A stretch of DNA of 64,000 bases from an uncultured Chlamydiae bacterium (lineage in GTDB: Bacteria; Chlamydiota; Chlamydiia; Chlamydiales; Parachlamydiaceae), in the NCBI GenBank assembly GCA_963754655.1, contig CAVWGN010000001.1, positions 1,792,001-1,856,000 of the forward strand. The letters run 5' to 3'. Under the pieces are notes generated by a model that did no database searches, was not told the DNA's origin, and saw only the letters and a list, made by a program, of their open reading frames with translations. Below, in pieces: positions 20,895 through 35,886 of the stretch. Each line of letters opens with the position of its first letter. The stretch's first letter is position 1. The translations under genes and the position numbers were made by a program.

Positions 20895-22715
20895 ATGTTT
20901 AACTATTATATTAATAACTACAGAGAATTTAGTTCAGATTTGGTTGAAGAAAATTCACTATTAAAACCAAATAATAATACACAAATAGATAATACACAAA
21001 TAGATCAATTATCTAAAGAAGCCTTTTCTCAATTACAAGATTTATCAAGAAAATATCCAGAAAAAGAATTTGCTAAACAGCAGGCATCTTATTATTCAAT
21101 ACCACCTGACTGTAGTAAGCACAATGAAGCTTTAGTGTGTGCTCGAGTATACGGCAAAAGGGTGCGAGATAAAAATGAAGAAATAGAAAGGGCTACAAAA
21201 AGAATTCGTCATCGATACGAAAGCGACGTTGAAGGGAAAGAGAAGACTGATAAACAAGATGAATATGGTAAACTCACTTATTCTAATGGTGATGTATTTG
21301 AAGGAGGATTTAGAGAAGGGAAGCGACATGGTCATGGAAAATTGATTTATTGTAAAGGAGATGTATTCGAAGGAGAATTCAAAGACAACAAGATAGATGG
21401 TCCTGGAAAATTGTATGTTTCTTCTGGAACAATATTTGAAGGTGATTTTAGAGAGGGAAAATGTAACGGGCCTGTCAAAGTGACATTTCCTGATGGAAAA
21501 ATTCTTGAAAGCGAATTCAACGATGGCAAGGGAAGTCATGTCGGAAAGGTAACATTTGTTAACGGAATCATTCTTTATGGCAACTTCAAAAATGGGAAGA
21601 TAAATGGTTCTGGAAAAATCGTTTTTCCAGATGAGAGAATTTTTGAAGGAGAATTAAAAGATAGCGAGGCAAATGGCGCTGGGAAGATTATCTTTCCTGA
21701 TGAAAAAATTTTCCAAGGGGCATTTAAAGATGGTAAAGCAGATGGCGATGGAAAAATGATTTATCCTAATAATAAGACTTTTGAAGGAAAATACAAAGAT
21801 GGCAAGGTAAATGGTCCAGGAAAATGGACCTTTCCTGATGGAAGAATTTTTGAAATTGAATTTAAAGATGGCAATCCACACGGCATGGGAACCACATATT
21901 TTCCTAACAATAGAATTGTTAAGGAAAAATTTAGTCATGGTTGGAAGTATGGCCTCGCGCAACTGATTTTTTCTGATGGAAGAACTTTTGAAGGGGAATG
22001 CAATAATGGCGAAATGCATGGTCATGGAAAGATGACCTATCCTAATGGCAAAATTTTAGAAGGGATATTCATAAATGACAACGCGCATGGCTTAGGAAAA
22101 ATCACTTTTCCTGATGGAAGAATCTTTAAAGGAGAGTTAAAAGATAATCTGGCGAATGGCTTCGGAAAACTCACTTTTCCTAATGGAAAAATCTTTGAAG
22201 GGATGTATAAAGATAATCAGGCGAATGGCTTCGGAAAATTTTTTTTTCCTAATGGAAGAATCTTTGAAGGGGCGTATAAAGATAATCAGGCGAATGGCTT
22301 CGGAAAAATCTTTTTTCCTGATGGAAGAATCTTTGAAGGAGAGTTAAAAGATAATCAAGCGAATGGCTTCGGAAAAATCATTTTTCCTGATGGAAGAATC
22401 TTTGAAGGGGCGTATAAAGATAACCACGCGAATGGCTTCGGAAAAATCTTTTTTCCTGATGGAAGAATCTTTGAAGGAGAGTTAAAAGATAATCAAGCGA
22501 ATGGCTTCGGAAAAGTCATTTTTCCTGATGGAAGAATCTTTGAAGGGGAGTACAAAGATAACCAGGCGAATGGCTTCGGAAAGATCATTTTTCCTGATGG
22601 AAAAATCTTTATTGCAAAACTTGAAAATCAGAAATTGAAAGGCACGGGAAAGCTCATTTCTACTAATGGAAAAGTCTCTAGGATAGAAGAAGAGGATCTT
22701 TATAAAAATGGATAA
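20895..22715 (+). CDS. MORN-repeat protein
   Basis: About 20 repeats of 23 aa (FPDGRIFEGELKDNQANGFGKIF); near-identical 69-bp tandem units at about 22110-22610. Confidence 0.9.
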   Translation: MFNYYINNYREFSSDLVEENSLLKPNNNTQIDNTQIDQLSKEAFSQLQDLSRKYPEKEFAKQQASYYSIPPDCSKHNEALVCARVYGKRVRDKNEEIERATKRIRHRYESDVEGKEKTDKQDEYGKLTYSNGDVFEGGFREGKRHGHGKLIYCKGDVFEGEFKDNKIDGPGKLYVSSGTIFEGDFREGKCNGPVKVTFPDGKILESEFNDGKGSHVGKVTFVNGIILYGNFKNGKINGSGKIVFPDERIFEGELKDSEANGAGKIIFPDEKIFQGAFKDGKADGDGKMIYPNNKTFEGKYKDGKVNGPGKWTFPDGRIFEIEFKDGNPHGMGTTYFPNNRIVKEKFSHGWKYGLAQLIFSDGRTFEGECNNGEMHGHGKMTYPNGKILEGIFINDNAHGLGKITFPDGRIFKGELKDNLANGFGKLTFPNGKIFEGMYKDNQANGFGKFFFPNGRIFEGAYKDNQANGFGKIFFPDGRIFEGELKDNQANGFGKIIFPDGRIFEGAYKDNHANGFGKIFFPDGRIFEGELKDNQANGFGKVIFPDGRIFEGEYKDNQANGFGKIIFPDGKIFIAKLENQKLKGTGKLISTNGKVSRIEEEDLYKNG

Positions 22716-22761
22716 ATGGATGATAGCAAGGTTCAGTAATAAAAATAAATCGTCTTACTAG

Positions 22762-23600
22762 GGAGCGTACCTAAAAGATTTAAAATAATAACTCTTATGA
22801 TTTATAATTTTCTCTGATAAAACAAGGGGGAAATTTGAATGAGTAGGATAGTATTAACTAATGAAAGATGGATAAAAATAAAACCTTTATTGCCAAAAGA
22901 ACGAGGATATTGGGGCAGACCAAGTCGGCCTCATCGTAAGATTTTAGAAGGCATTATTTGAATTTTAAGAACAGGAGCCGCTTGGGAGGGATCTACCACC
23001 CAAGTATGGTCCTTGGAGCACATGTTATAATCGCTTTAATCGATGGACAAAGGCTGGAATCTGGCAAACGATTTGGCAAGCTTTAAAAGATGAAATTGAC
23101 GAAGAAAATTACTCTGTAGACAGCTCAATTGTTGAAGCGCATCAAGATGCTTGTAGGATAAAAAAAAAGCCGAAGAAGCCATGGGAAAATCAAGGGCCGG
23201 AACAACCACAAAAATTCATGCAGTAACAGATGGATTAGGTCGTTGTATTGATTTTATCTTGACAGAAGGTCAAGTACACGAGAGCACTCAAATGAAGCTT
23301 TTACTCAGTGGAAAAAATCCACAAAATGTTATAGCTGATAAAGCTTACGACTCAAATGAAATCAGAAATTTTATAGAAAAGATGGGAAGTCAAGCAGTCA
23401 TACCCAGCAAAGTATCAAGAGCTGAACTAATTGAACATGATAAACATATCTACAGAGAGCGTTGCTTGGTAGAAAATTTTTTTCAGTTTATAAAACGATT
23501 TAGGCGTATTGGAATAAGATACGAAATGAAAGCTCAAAATTATGCAGGAATGTTGACGATCGCTTGTATTATACAATGGTTAATCTTTTAGGTACGCTCC
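22762..23600 (+). mobile_element. Second IS5-family copy with inactivated orfA
   Basis: Same TIRs and CTAG flanks as 15184-16019. orfA has TGG>TGA near 22958, an extra G near 22986 and an A9 run. orfB 23181-23591 is open. Confidence 0.9.
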
Positions 23601-24556
23601 CTAGTACTCCATTACATTAGTTTTAGCCTATTGGGAGTGCTTCAAAGCCCTGGGATTGGAATGAGATGATTCTCTTGTAGTCCTTCAGACTACATGACGA
23701 GGGCTAATCTAACCCAGGGCGATGCCCTGGGCTATTTTTATTTGAATCCTTTCAGGTTCTGAACATTGGACATTTTAGAAGACTTCCTTCTATAACGATT
23801 GTAAGGCCCATGCCTATTAAATGGTACATACTCCACAATCATTTTAGAGATGGTTAACAAAAAGATGTCCGATGTTCAGAGCCTGAAAGGATTCAAATAA
23901 AAATAGCCAGGAGGGCATCGCCCCATACGCATCAAGCTAAGAGATGAGCGTAGGCTACGCGACGCATTCAGTCGCCGCGCCGCTTCGCTCTGGGCTCTAG
24001 GTAAGGGGTTTGAGAACCCACCGTTCGGTCGCCCTCCGGGCTCGGTCACGGTGGGCTATTACCAGTCGTCCTACGGACTCTAGCGGCATTATCAGAACGC
24101 CTTAAATAGCATTCAATGGCTTCTACATTGCCGCTAGAGTCCGTAGGACGACTGATTCTAGCCCACCGTGACCGAGCCCGGGGGGCGACCGAACGGTGGG
24201 TTATTACCAGTCGTCCTACGGACTCTAGCGGCAATGTAGAAGCCATTGAATGCTATTTAAGGCGTTCTGATAATGCCGCTAGAGTCCGTAGGACGACTGG
24301 TAATAGCCCACCGTAACTGAGCCCGGAGGGCGACCGAACGGTGGGTTCTCAAACCCCTTACCTAGAGCCCAGAGCGAAGCGGCGCGGCGACTGAATGCGT
24401 CACCCAACAAAAAGTAGCATTTTCCAAACACGCCCTGGGTTAGATTAGCCCTCGTCATGTAGTCTCTGAAGGACTACAAGAGAATCATTTCATCCCAATC
24501 CCAGGGCTTTGAAGCACTCCCAATAGGCAAAAACTAATGTAATGTAATGGAATACT
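23601..24556. repeat. About 950-bp composite nested palindrome
   Basis: Shell A/F arms (23601-23720 vs 24430-24556) enclose sub-palindromes at about 23717-23923 and 23961-24401. Confidence 0.9.
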
Positions 24557-24826
24557 CTGTCACATGAGCTTTTGCCTATTGAGACTGCTTCAAAGTTTCG
24601 CTTCGGGGTTGAATCGGCATAAGTAGATCCAATATTATATACACACCGCGGTCAAGTTGACCGCCTTTTAAAACAATGTTCGGACATGAAATAAATATTT
24701 ATTTCTTGCTATAGTGCGGAGCGAATGAGTGTATTGACATAAAAAAATTAAATAACCTAAGATCTGAAAATTAAAAAAATAAATTTCATTTAACTATTAT
24801 ATTAATTAATTTAATTAAAAATAATC

Positions 24827-26104
24827 ATGCAACTGACTCCCCTTCATTCGCAAACACTGCAAAACACTTCTAACGAATCTTTCTTAGACTCCTTAATTCC
24901 CAATGAGATATTAGGAATTGTTTTTGATCAAGTTGTCGTCAATCAAAGCCGATCTTCAAGTGACATTTCTTCTATTTTATTCACCTGTAAAAAATGGAAA
25001 AGTATTCTGGAACAGAATCCCTGTATTTTCTTGGTGCAAGCCCTATTTCAACTTAAGCAGAGTCCTCAATCTGCTATTACACGTTTTCAGGATTGTAGAG
25101 CAACTGATCAAAAGAAACATTTCACCTCGCAGGAACTTAAACTGATTGATCGAGGCAGCAGCAATGGAGAAAAATTTGAAAAATTATTAATGGTTGAATC
25201 AGAATTATTTAAATTGAATAGTTTATTTCTTTCTCTTTTGGATCGCTACTCATGGAATCCTGAAATGTGTCAAAACAGCGCCCATAAAAACATCCAGCAT
25301 GTAGCTAAAGAGCAATTGTCTATTTTAAACTCTCTTGCATCAGGCAGTGACGCCCAAAAATTAATGGTGATCAAAAATGACTCTATCGAAAAACTTTATC
25401 GAGGCACACAAGTAAGTCAAACATGGAAGCAGGCAAAAATATCTGTCATCTCTACACTTAAAAAAAATTTTCACAATTTTAATGATAAAAAAATTTTTAT
25501 TAAAGTTGCTCGCTGTTTTGGATATGCTGTTTTTGATATAGATGGAAGCCTTAAAAAAGATCGAGACATTGTCTTAGCTGCCGTTAAGGAAAATGGCTTG
25601 GCTCTTCGATATGCAAATAAATGCCTTAAAAAAGATCGAGAGATTGTCTTGACTGCTGTTCAGCAAGATGGGTGGGCTCTTGAATATGCCGATGAAAGCT
25701 TTAAAAAAAATCGAGAGATTGTCTTGACTGCTGTTCAGCAAGATAGCAGGGCTTTTCATTGTGCCAATGAAACTCTTAAAAAAGATCGAGAGATTGTCTT
25801 GGCTGCCGTTAAGCAAGATGGCTGGCTTCTTAAATATTCAGATGAAAGTCTTAAAAAAGATCGAGAGATTGTCTTGGCGGCCGTTAAGCAACATGGTTGG
25901 GCTCTTCAATATGCAGATGCAAACTTAAAAAAAGATCGGGAAATAGTCTGGACTGCTGTTCAGAAAGCAAGCACCGCTATTGTAGATGCCGATTTAACTC
26001 TTCGAATTAAACTTGCCCTCACTGCACTCCTACAAATGACACAAGATTATATACTCCATGGTATTTATAAGTTTTTTGGTCAGTTGATAGATACAAGTAA
26101 ATAA
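24827..26104 (+). CDS. F-box-like / DUF4116-repeat protein, 425 aa
   Basis: LIPNEILGIVF...ILFTCKKWKSI; about 6 repeats; divergent, partly hydrophobic C-terminus. Confidence 0.85.
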   Translation: MQLTPLHSQTLQNTSNESFLDSLIPNEILGIVFDQVVVNQSRSSSDISSILFTCKKWKSILEQNPCIFLVQALFQLKQSPQSAITRFQDCRATDQKKHFTSQELKLIDRGSSNGEKFEKLLMVESELFKLNSLFLSLLDRYSWNPEMCQNSAHKNIQHVAKEQLSILNSLASGSDAQKLMVIKNDSIEKLYRGTQVSQTWKQAKISVISTLKKNFHNFNDKKIFIKVARCFGYAVFDIDGSLKKDRDIVLAAVKENGLALRYANKCLKKDREIVLTAVQQDGWALEYADESFKKNREIVLTAVQQDSRAFHCANETLKKDREIVLAAVKQDGWLLKYSDESLKKDREIVLAAVKQHGWALQYADANLKKDREIVWTAVQKASTAIVDADLTLRIKLALTALLQMTQDYILHGIYKFFGQLIDTSK

Positions 26105-26637
26105 ACAATATTGACTCTTTAATACTATTGATACAGCAGATCAGTGGCTTTAATCGACAAAACCTTTCTAAATTGTACAACACTCAATTTCCTAAACTAA
26201 TTTAAAAACAAAATACATGTTGATAATAATGTTAAAATGAGTTATCATTGATAACAAGCCGAATAATTAACTTATTCGCACAATAAAATGGAGTTTAATT
26301 ATATGAATAATTTAATATTAACCAACACTTTCCAAAATGGATGTTGGCCCTATCAAATAACTTCGTCTCATTATCGTCCTTCTTTTCTTCTTATTCTTCT
26401 ATCCTTTGTGGGTATTCTACCCATTATTAGTCTTTAATCTTATTTTCTCATTTAATAATTTAATTTGAATCGAAATAAATTTTTAAACTTTTGTTTGTAA
26501 ATAAAAGTTAAAAATTAAAAAATAATTTATAATTTTTTATAATTATTATTTATAATTAAAATTTTAATTTTAATAATTGAAAATCCTACGATTTTCCGTG
26601 TAATAATTTTTTAATCTATTTTAAAAACAAGATTTTT

Positions 26638-27876
26638 ATGAATGAACTAAAACATAATAGACCCAATTTCATGTCCTATAATTTATTGGATCAAAAACTA
26701 AATACAGAATTAAATCAAAAAAAAGTTAATGCTTTTTTAGAAAATTATCAAAACATTATCTCTTTTGGAATAGAGACAATGAATAAGGTAAAGGAAGGCT
26801 ATATTCCCGACCCTACCGTGGGAGAAAATGCTTGTCAAATTCGTGCAGCCATGTTTGGCGAATTTATGAATTCAGCAGATTTTTCCAATACAGTTGAAAC
26901 AACAAAAATCAATTTGGAGAATACTCTACAAGCAATAAAAGAAATCAAACCAAAAATAGATGAAAAGTTTCAAAAAGTAAGAAAAGAAAAAGATGAACAA
27001 TTAAAAACTTCTTATACATGCACATTAGAGAATTTATTAGAGAATTATCGTCTTAATATCACACTAGATGAAAGAATCTGTCAATTAATTGCTGCTGATT
27101 TATTGATGTTTTGTCGAATGCCTAAAAGAAGCTTTGAAAAGCTGGATGGCAAAGTCCAACCATTGGAAAAGATTGAACAAATTGATGCTTTGCGGGCAAG
27201 GAATTTTTCCGCAAACACGGTTACAACTATTGATAAAGCAGCAAGAAAATACTTATCGGAAGCTTCTGTGCAATTTTTGCAAAAAAAGGCAAAAATGATA
27301 ATCGATGAAGACGAGCAAAACAGATTATATTCTTCAGTTAGTGGCCAGAATGTGAAGACCACTAAACTTGGGCTCTCATCTGTCCCCTGTTTCAGTGGTT
27401 CTGAAATTATTTTTGCGCAAGCACATCAGCAAAAAATTCCTTTGGTTGTCAAAGTTCTCAGATTGGATTCGGAAACAGCTTCTCAAGAAGGAGAGGAGAT
27501 TTTTTTCTTCCAATCGGATGGTTCTCGCTATTGTCAGGTCGACAAAGAAAAAATCACTCAAAAAGCAATGTTAGTTTGCGAAGCAGTTAGTATTGCTCAT
27601 CCTGTTTTAAGTAAGGAAGCTTTGCAAGAAGAAATAAAAAAACGAGACATAAAAGAGGCTATCTTAGCTTTTATGGCTACTCATCCCATTTATGGAGGGG
27701 AACTCAAAACAGTAAAAGAGGGGCCCGAAGAAGAAAACGAGAAAAGAAAGGAATATATTGATAAAGCGCTTGAATGGGGCTGTTGTCCGGATAATCAGCG
27801 TATTTGCCGTCTTTATCATATGTATGCAAGTTCTAACATCATAAATAAAAATGAGGAAGCATCATGCAAACTTTAA
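26638..27876 (+). CDS. Hypothetical protein, 412 aa
   Basis: Long ORF overlapping the DUF917 start by 13 nt; no family recognised. Confidence 0.75.
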   Translation: MNELKHNRPNFMSYNLLDQKLNTELNQKKVNAFLENYQNIISFGIETMNKVKEGYIPDPTVGENACQIRAAMFGEFMNSADFSNTVETTKINLENTLQAIKEIKPKIDEKFQKVRKEKDEQLKTSYTCTLENLLENYRLNITLDERICQLIAADLLMFCRMPKRSFEKLDGKVQPLEKIEQIDALRARNFSANTVTTIDKAARKYLSEASVQFLQKKAKMIIDEDEQNRLYSSVSGQNVKTTKLGLSSVPCFSGSEIIFAQAHQQKIPLVVKVLRLDSETASQEGEEIFFFQSDGSRYCQVDKEKITQKAMLVCEAVSIAHPVLSKEALQEEIKKRDIKEAILAFMATHPIYGGELKTVKEGPEEENEKRKEYIDKALEWGCCPDNQRICRLYHMYASSNIINKNEEASCKL

Positions 27877-28928
27877 CAATAAAAGACTTAGAATATTTGG
27901 CCATTGGAACTGCTATTTTAGGTTCAGGAGGTGGGGGGAATCCAGAAAATGAGGTCTTGATGACGAAGCACTCTATGCAACAGCATGGCCCTATCCAATT
28001 GAGAGATCCCAGTTCATTAACCAAGGAAGATTTCATTCTTCCCGTTGCTGTTATGGGTGCCCCTTTAGTAGGACTTGAAAAACTACGCAGCGGACGTGAA
28101 TTTCTTCATTTAATGAAACTCGTTGAAAAGAATCAAGCACGAAAACCCACTCTTTTGATGCCTCTAGAAATTGGAGGAGCAAATGCATTTGCAGCTTTTG
28201 CAATTGCAGGGCAAATGGGCCTTCCCGTGCTCAATGGAGATTTAATGGGCAGGGCCTTTCCTCAATTGCAAATGACTTCATTTACAATCAAGGAGATCAT
28301 CCCTTCACCTTTATTCTTAGCTGATAGTCTTGGAAATACAGCGGTGATTGAATCAAATGATACTATGACTCTGGAAAACATTGCTCGGCATATCACTGTA
28401 TCCATGGGTTCTAGCTGTTGCATTGCTTTTTGTCCAATAAATGGAGAAAAGGCTAAACATGCTGTGGTTCCCCACACAATGACGCAAGCCATCGAGATAG
28501 GCAAAGTCATTGCGCAAGCAAGGGAAAAGGGATTAGATCCAATTGATGCCTTTTTAACAGATTCTCAAGCCGTTTGCTTAGGCAATGGAACAATTACTTC
28601 GATCGAGCAAAGCATCAAACAAGGTTTTTTAGAAGGGAGTGTCTGCATTTTAGGAGAAGAGACTCGTTATGAACTTCTCTATCAAAATGAATACCTACTT
28701 GCTAAAAAAGATGGGTTAACAATGGCTTGTACACCAGATATCTTAATGTTGTTAGAAAGAGAAACTGCAACGCCTATCACATCTGAATCTCTTCGCTATG
28801 GTCTGCAGGTGTGTCTGATAGCAATGCCTGCACCCGCGATTTGGCAGAGCAAACGAGGGCTAGAATTGGCCGGTCCCCAATGTTTTGGGTATCCTATTCA
28901 TTATCAAACTATAAGGAGGAAAAAATGA
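27864..28928 (+). CDS. DUF917-family protein
   Basis: GTAILGSGGGG, MGAP, EIGGAN, DLMGRAFPQLQMT, QNEYL, PDIL, LRYG. Confidence 0.9.
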   Translation: MQTLTIKDLEYLAIGTAILGSGGGGNPENEVLMTKHSMQQHGPIQLRDPSSLTKEDFILPVAVMGAPLVGLEKLRSGREFLHLMKLVEKNQARKPTLLMPLEIGGANAFAAFAIAGQMGLPVLNGDLMGRAFPQLQMTSFTIKEIIPSPLFLADSLGNTAVIESNDTMTLENIARHITVSMGSSCCIAFCPINGEKAKHAVVPHTMTQAIEIGKVIAQAREKGLDPIDAFLTDSQAVCLGNGTITSIEQSIKQGFLEGSVCILGEETRYELLYQNEYLLAKKDGLTMACTPDILMLLERETATPITSESLRYGLQVCLIAMPAPAIWQSKRGLELAGPQCFGYPIHYQTIRRKK

Positions 28929-30487
28929 AACCTTTATATACTATTGGCATAGACATTGGAGGAACAAATACAGACGCGGTTCTTATCAATGCCCAAGACA
29001 AAATTGTAGCAGCAGTTAAAACTATCACAACAAACGACATCACCAGTGGCTTTTCTCAAGCCCTCAAAAGTCTTTTAGCACAAGCAGCTATTGAGGCATC
29101 TGCCATCCGCGCTCTTTTTTTAGGAACGACGCATGCTACAAATGCGATTTTACAGCAAAAAGATCTTTATCAAGTCGGACTCATACGGCTAGCTGGACAT
29201 CATCCTCAATCACTTCCTCCTTGTTTTGACTGGAAAGAAGATTTGAAACAGACTCTTAATATTCGCCATATAACAATCAGTGGAGGATATGAATGCCATG
29301 GCGCTTCTATCACCCCTTTTTCTTTAGAAGAAGTGCGGCAAGCAGTTACTACATTATTGGCAAAAGGCATAGAAAGCTTAGCTGTTGTTGGCGTATTTGC
29401 TCCTCAGAACCGGGAACAAGAACTTGAAGTTAAACGAATTGCACTAGAAATTGCAGGTAAAGATTTTCCTGTTTCTCTTTCGCATGAAATTGGAGGAGTG
29501 GGCTTCATTGAGCGGGAAAACAGCACTATTTTAAATGCTGCTCTTAAGAAGGTCATGGCTCAAGGCTTTTATGCACTTGAAGTCGCGTGCCGCCAGTTGC
29601 AATTAAACTGTCCCTTTTTTATCACCCAAAATAATGGGACTATTCTAGACCTGGCTCGCGCGCTTGAGTATCCTGTCTTGACAATTTCAGCAGGACCCAC
29701 CAATTCTTTTATTGGAGCAAGCCGTCTAACAGGATTGTCCGATGCACTTATTGTTGACATTGGAGGGACATCAACTGATATAGGACTCATCAAACAAGGG
29801 TTTCCACGCAGAAGTTTAAACACTTCCCATATTGGAGGCGTAAAATTGAATTTTTCTATGCCCGATGTTCTTTCAATCGCATTAGGAGGAGGCAGTTATC
29901 TCGATTTATCTCATGAGACACCTAGAATATTGCCGAAAAGCGCAGGCAAAGATATTGTCACCCACGCACGTTGCTTTGGAGGTCAATTTTTGACTTTTAC
30001 TGATGCAGCTGTCGCTTTAGGACTCTCAATTCCAGGTGCTACATCGGAAGGATTAGGTTGTTCTTTTTTTGAAGCGCAGAAAATCATTCAAGAAGCGCTT
30101 AAGAAAATGGAACGTGAAATTAAGGTTCTTGAAGGAGGAAAATGCACACTTCCTATTGTTTTCGTTGGAGGAGGTGCTCAACTTTTCCCAAGAGAATTTT
30201 TGGAAGAAAGAATACTCGTTCCAGAACACGCCAACGTGGCGAATGCTTATGGAGCAGCGTTATCCGAAATTTCACATGTTATTGACCAAGTGGTCAGCTT
30301 AAATCAGCGTGATACAATTCTTCAAAGAATGCAAGAAGAAGCTTTGCAAGGAGCGGTGCGATGCGGAGCGAATCCAAAAAACGTTAAAATCGTTGACATG
30401 CAAATTATTCCTTATCACTACGTTCCTAATCAAATGGCACGCGTGATCATTACAGCAGCTGGCAAACAAATGCCTTTTTATATTTAA
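28925..30487 (+). CDS. Hydantoinase/oxoprolinase family protein (HyuA-like)
   Basis: ATG at 28925 (ATGA overlap, AGGAGG RBS); IGIDIGGTNTDAV, GTTHATNA, ERENSTILNA, VDIGGTSTDIG, ANAYGAA. Confidence 0.92.
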   Translation: MKPLYTIGIDIGGTNTDAVLINAQDKIVAAVKTITTNDITSGFSQALKSLLAQAAIEASAIRALFLGTTHATNAILQQKDLYQVGLIRLAGHHPQSLPPCFDWKEDLKQTLNIRHITISGGYECHGASITPFSLEEVRQAVTTLLAKGIESLAVVGVFAPQNREQELEVKRIALEIAGKDFPVSLSHEIGGVGFIERENSTILNAALKKVMAQGFYALEVACRQLQLNCPFFITQNNGTILDLARALEYPVLTISAGPTNSFIGASRLTGLSDALIVDIGGTSTDIGLIKQGFPRRSLNTSHIGGVKLNFSMPDVLSIALGGGSYLDLSHETPRILPKSAGKDIVTHARCFGGQFLTFTDAAVALGLSIPGATSEGLGCSFFEAQKIIQEALKKMEREIKVLEGGKCTLPIVFVGGGAQLFPREFLEERILVPEHANVANAYGAALSEISHVIDQVVSLNQRDTILQRMQEEALQGAVRCGANPKNVKIVDMQIIPYHYVPNQMARVIITAAGKQMPFYI

Positions 30488-30494
30488 GATAGAG

Positions 30495-30531
30495 AAAAAA
30501 AAAGCCTTAGAAGCAAAGAGCTTCTAAGGCT
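30495..30531 (-). terminator. Intrinsic terminator of the rRNA operon (possibly bidirectional)
   Basis: AGCCTTAGAAGC-5nt-GCTTCTAAGGCT preceded by an A run (U tract on the minus strand), just past 5S. Confidence 0.75.
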
Positions 30532-30541
30532 GAAAGAAAAA

Positions 30542-30658
30542 GCTTGGCGGCGACCTACTCTCCCACACTCTTGTGTGCAGTACCATCGGCGATGAAGGGC
30601 TTGACTTCTGAGTTCGGAATGGGATCAGGTATTTCCCCTTCTCTAATAGCCACCAAGC
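30542..30658 (-). rRNA. rrf: 5S rRNA
   Basis: Reverse complement reads GCTTGGTGGCTATTAGAG...CCATTCCGAACTCAGAAGTCAAGCCC...AGTAGGTCGCCGCCAAGC. Confidence 0.95.
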
Positions 30659-30802
30659 AAAAGTCATATTAGAAATGATCGTTAATCAGTTCACTGATAA
30701 AAAACAGCGCTTGAAGACTCTCTTCACACTCGCTTGATATGTAATTTGCGACCACACTTAGATGTGCTGAAGGGGATGTCTCTTCCTTCAGTAAAAAAAA
30801 GG

Positions 30803-33757
<2,955 letters not shown>

Positions 33758-34053
33758 AAAATTTAGTCTCAAGCAATTAAGTATGAGTACGACTCAACAT
33801 AAGTATGACACTTATGTTATCTATTCTACTTACTTATTTGTGTGAAGATTATCCTCAAGCGTTGATTTTTATCAGTGAATTGTTTTTTTTGATGACGTTT
33901 TAGCATCATCTGTACATTCAAATGATTTATTAAAATAAATCATTCGCTTTTGAGATTAACTTGATTATCTAATATGACTTTCAAAATAACATTCTGCATA
34001 GCAGATCCTACTTAAAGTAGGTTATTATAACACGGATGTTATTTGGTAATAAA

Positions 34054-34130
34054 TGGTGCGGTTACCAAGATTTGAACTTGGGACCTCGACATTATCAGTG
34101 TCGCGCTCTAACCAACTGAGCTATAACCGC
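34054..34130 (-). tRNA. tRNA-Ile(GAT)
   Basis: GCGGTTATAGCTCAGTTGGTTAGAGCG...CTGATAA...GTTCAAATC...ACCGCACCA; CCA encoded. Confidence 0.95.
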
Positions 34131-34141
34131 AAGTGCAAACT

Positions 34142-34214
34142 TGGAGGCTAGGAGATTCGAACTCCTGACCCTCTGAATGCAAATCAGATGCTCTACCAAC
34201 TGAGCTAAACCCCC
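34142..34214 (-). tRNA. tRNA-Ala(TGC)
   Basis: GGGGGTTTAGCTCAGTTGGTAGAGCA...TTTGCAT...GTTCGAATC...GCCTCCA; G3:U70 identity pair; CCA not encoded. Confidence 0.95.
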
Positions 34215-34348
34215 GATTGACTAAAATCGGCTGTCTAAGATTTGCGATCTTATTTTAAGATAGCTATGTTTTCACAGCACAAGGAAGACAATGTACAATT
34301 GATAAAGCTTGCCCAACCTGTTTGCTTACTAAAAAGCAAACTGTCCTT

Positions 34349-35886
<1,538 letters not shown>

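Noticed and set aside
24046..24316. Twin 66-aa ORFs on opposite strands
   Set aside because: Consequence of the inverted duplication in module D.
28811..28924. Extended N-terminus of the hydantoinase ORF
   Set aside because: Overlaps the DUF917 gene; ATG at 28925 has an AGGAGG RBS and ATGA coupling.
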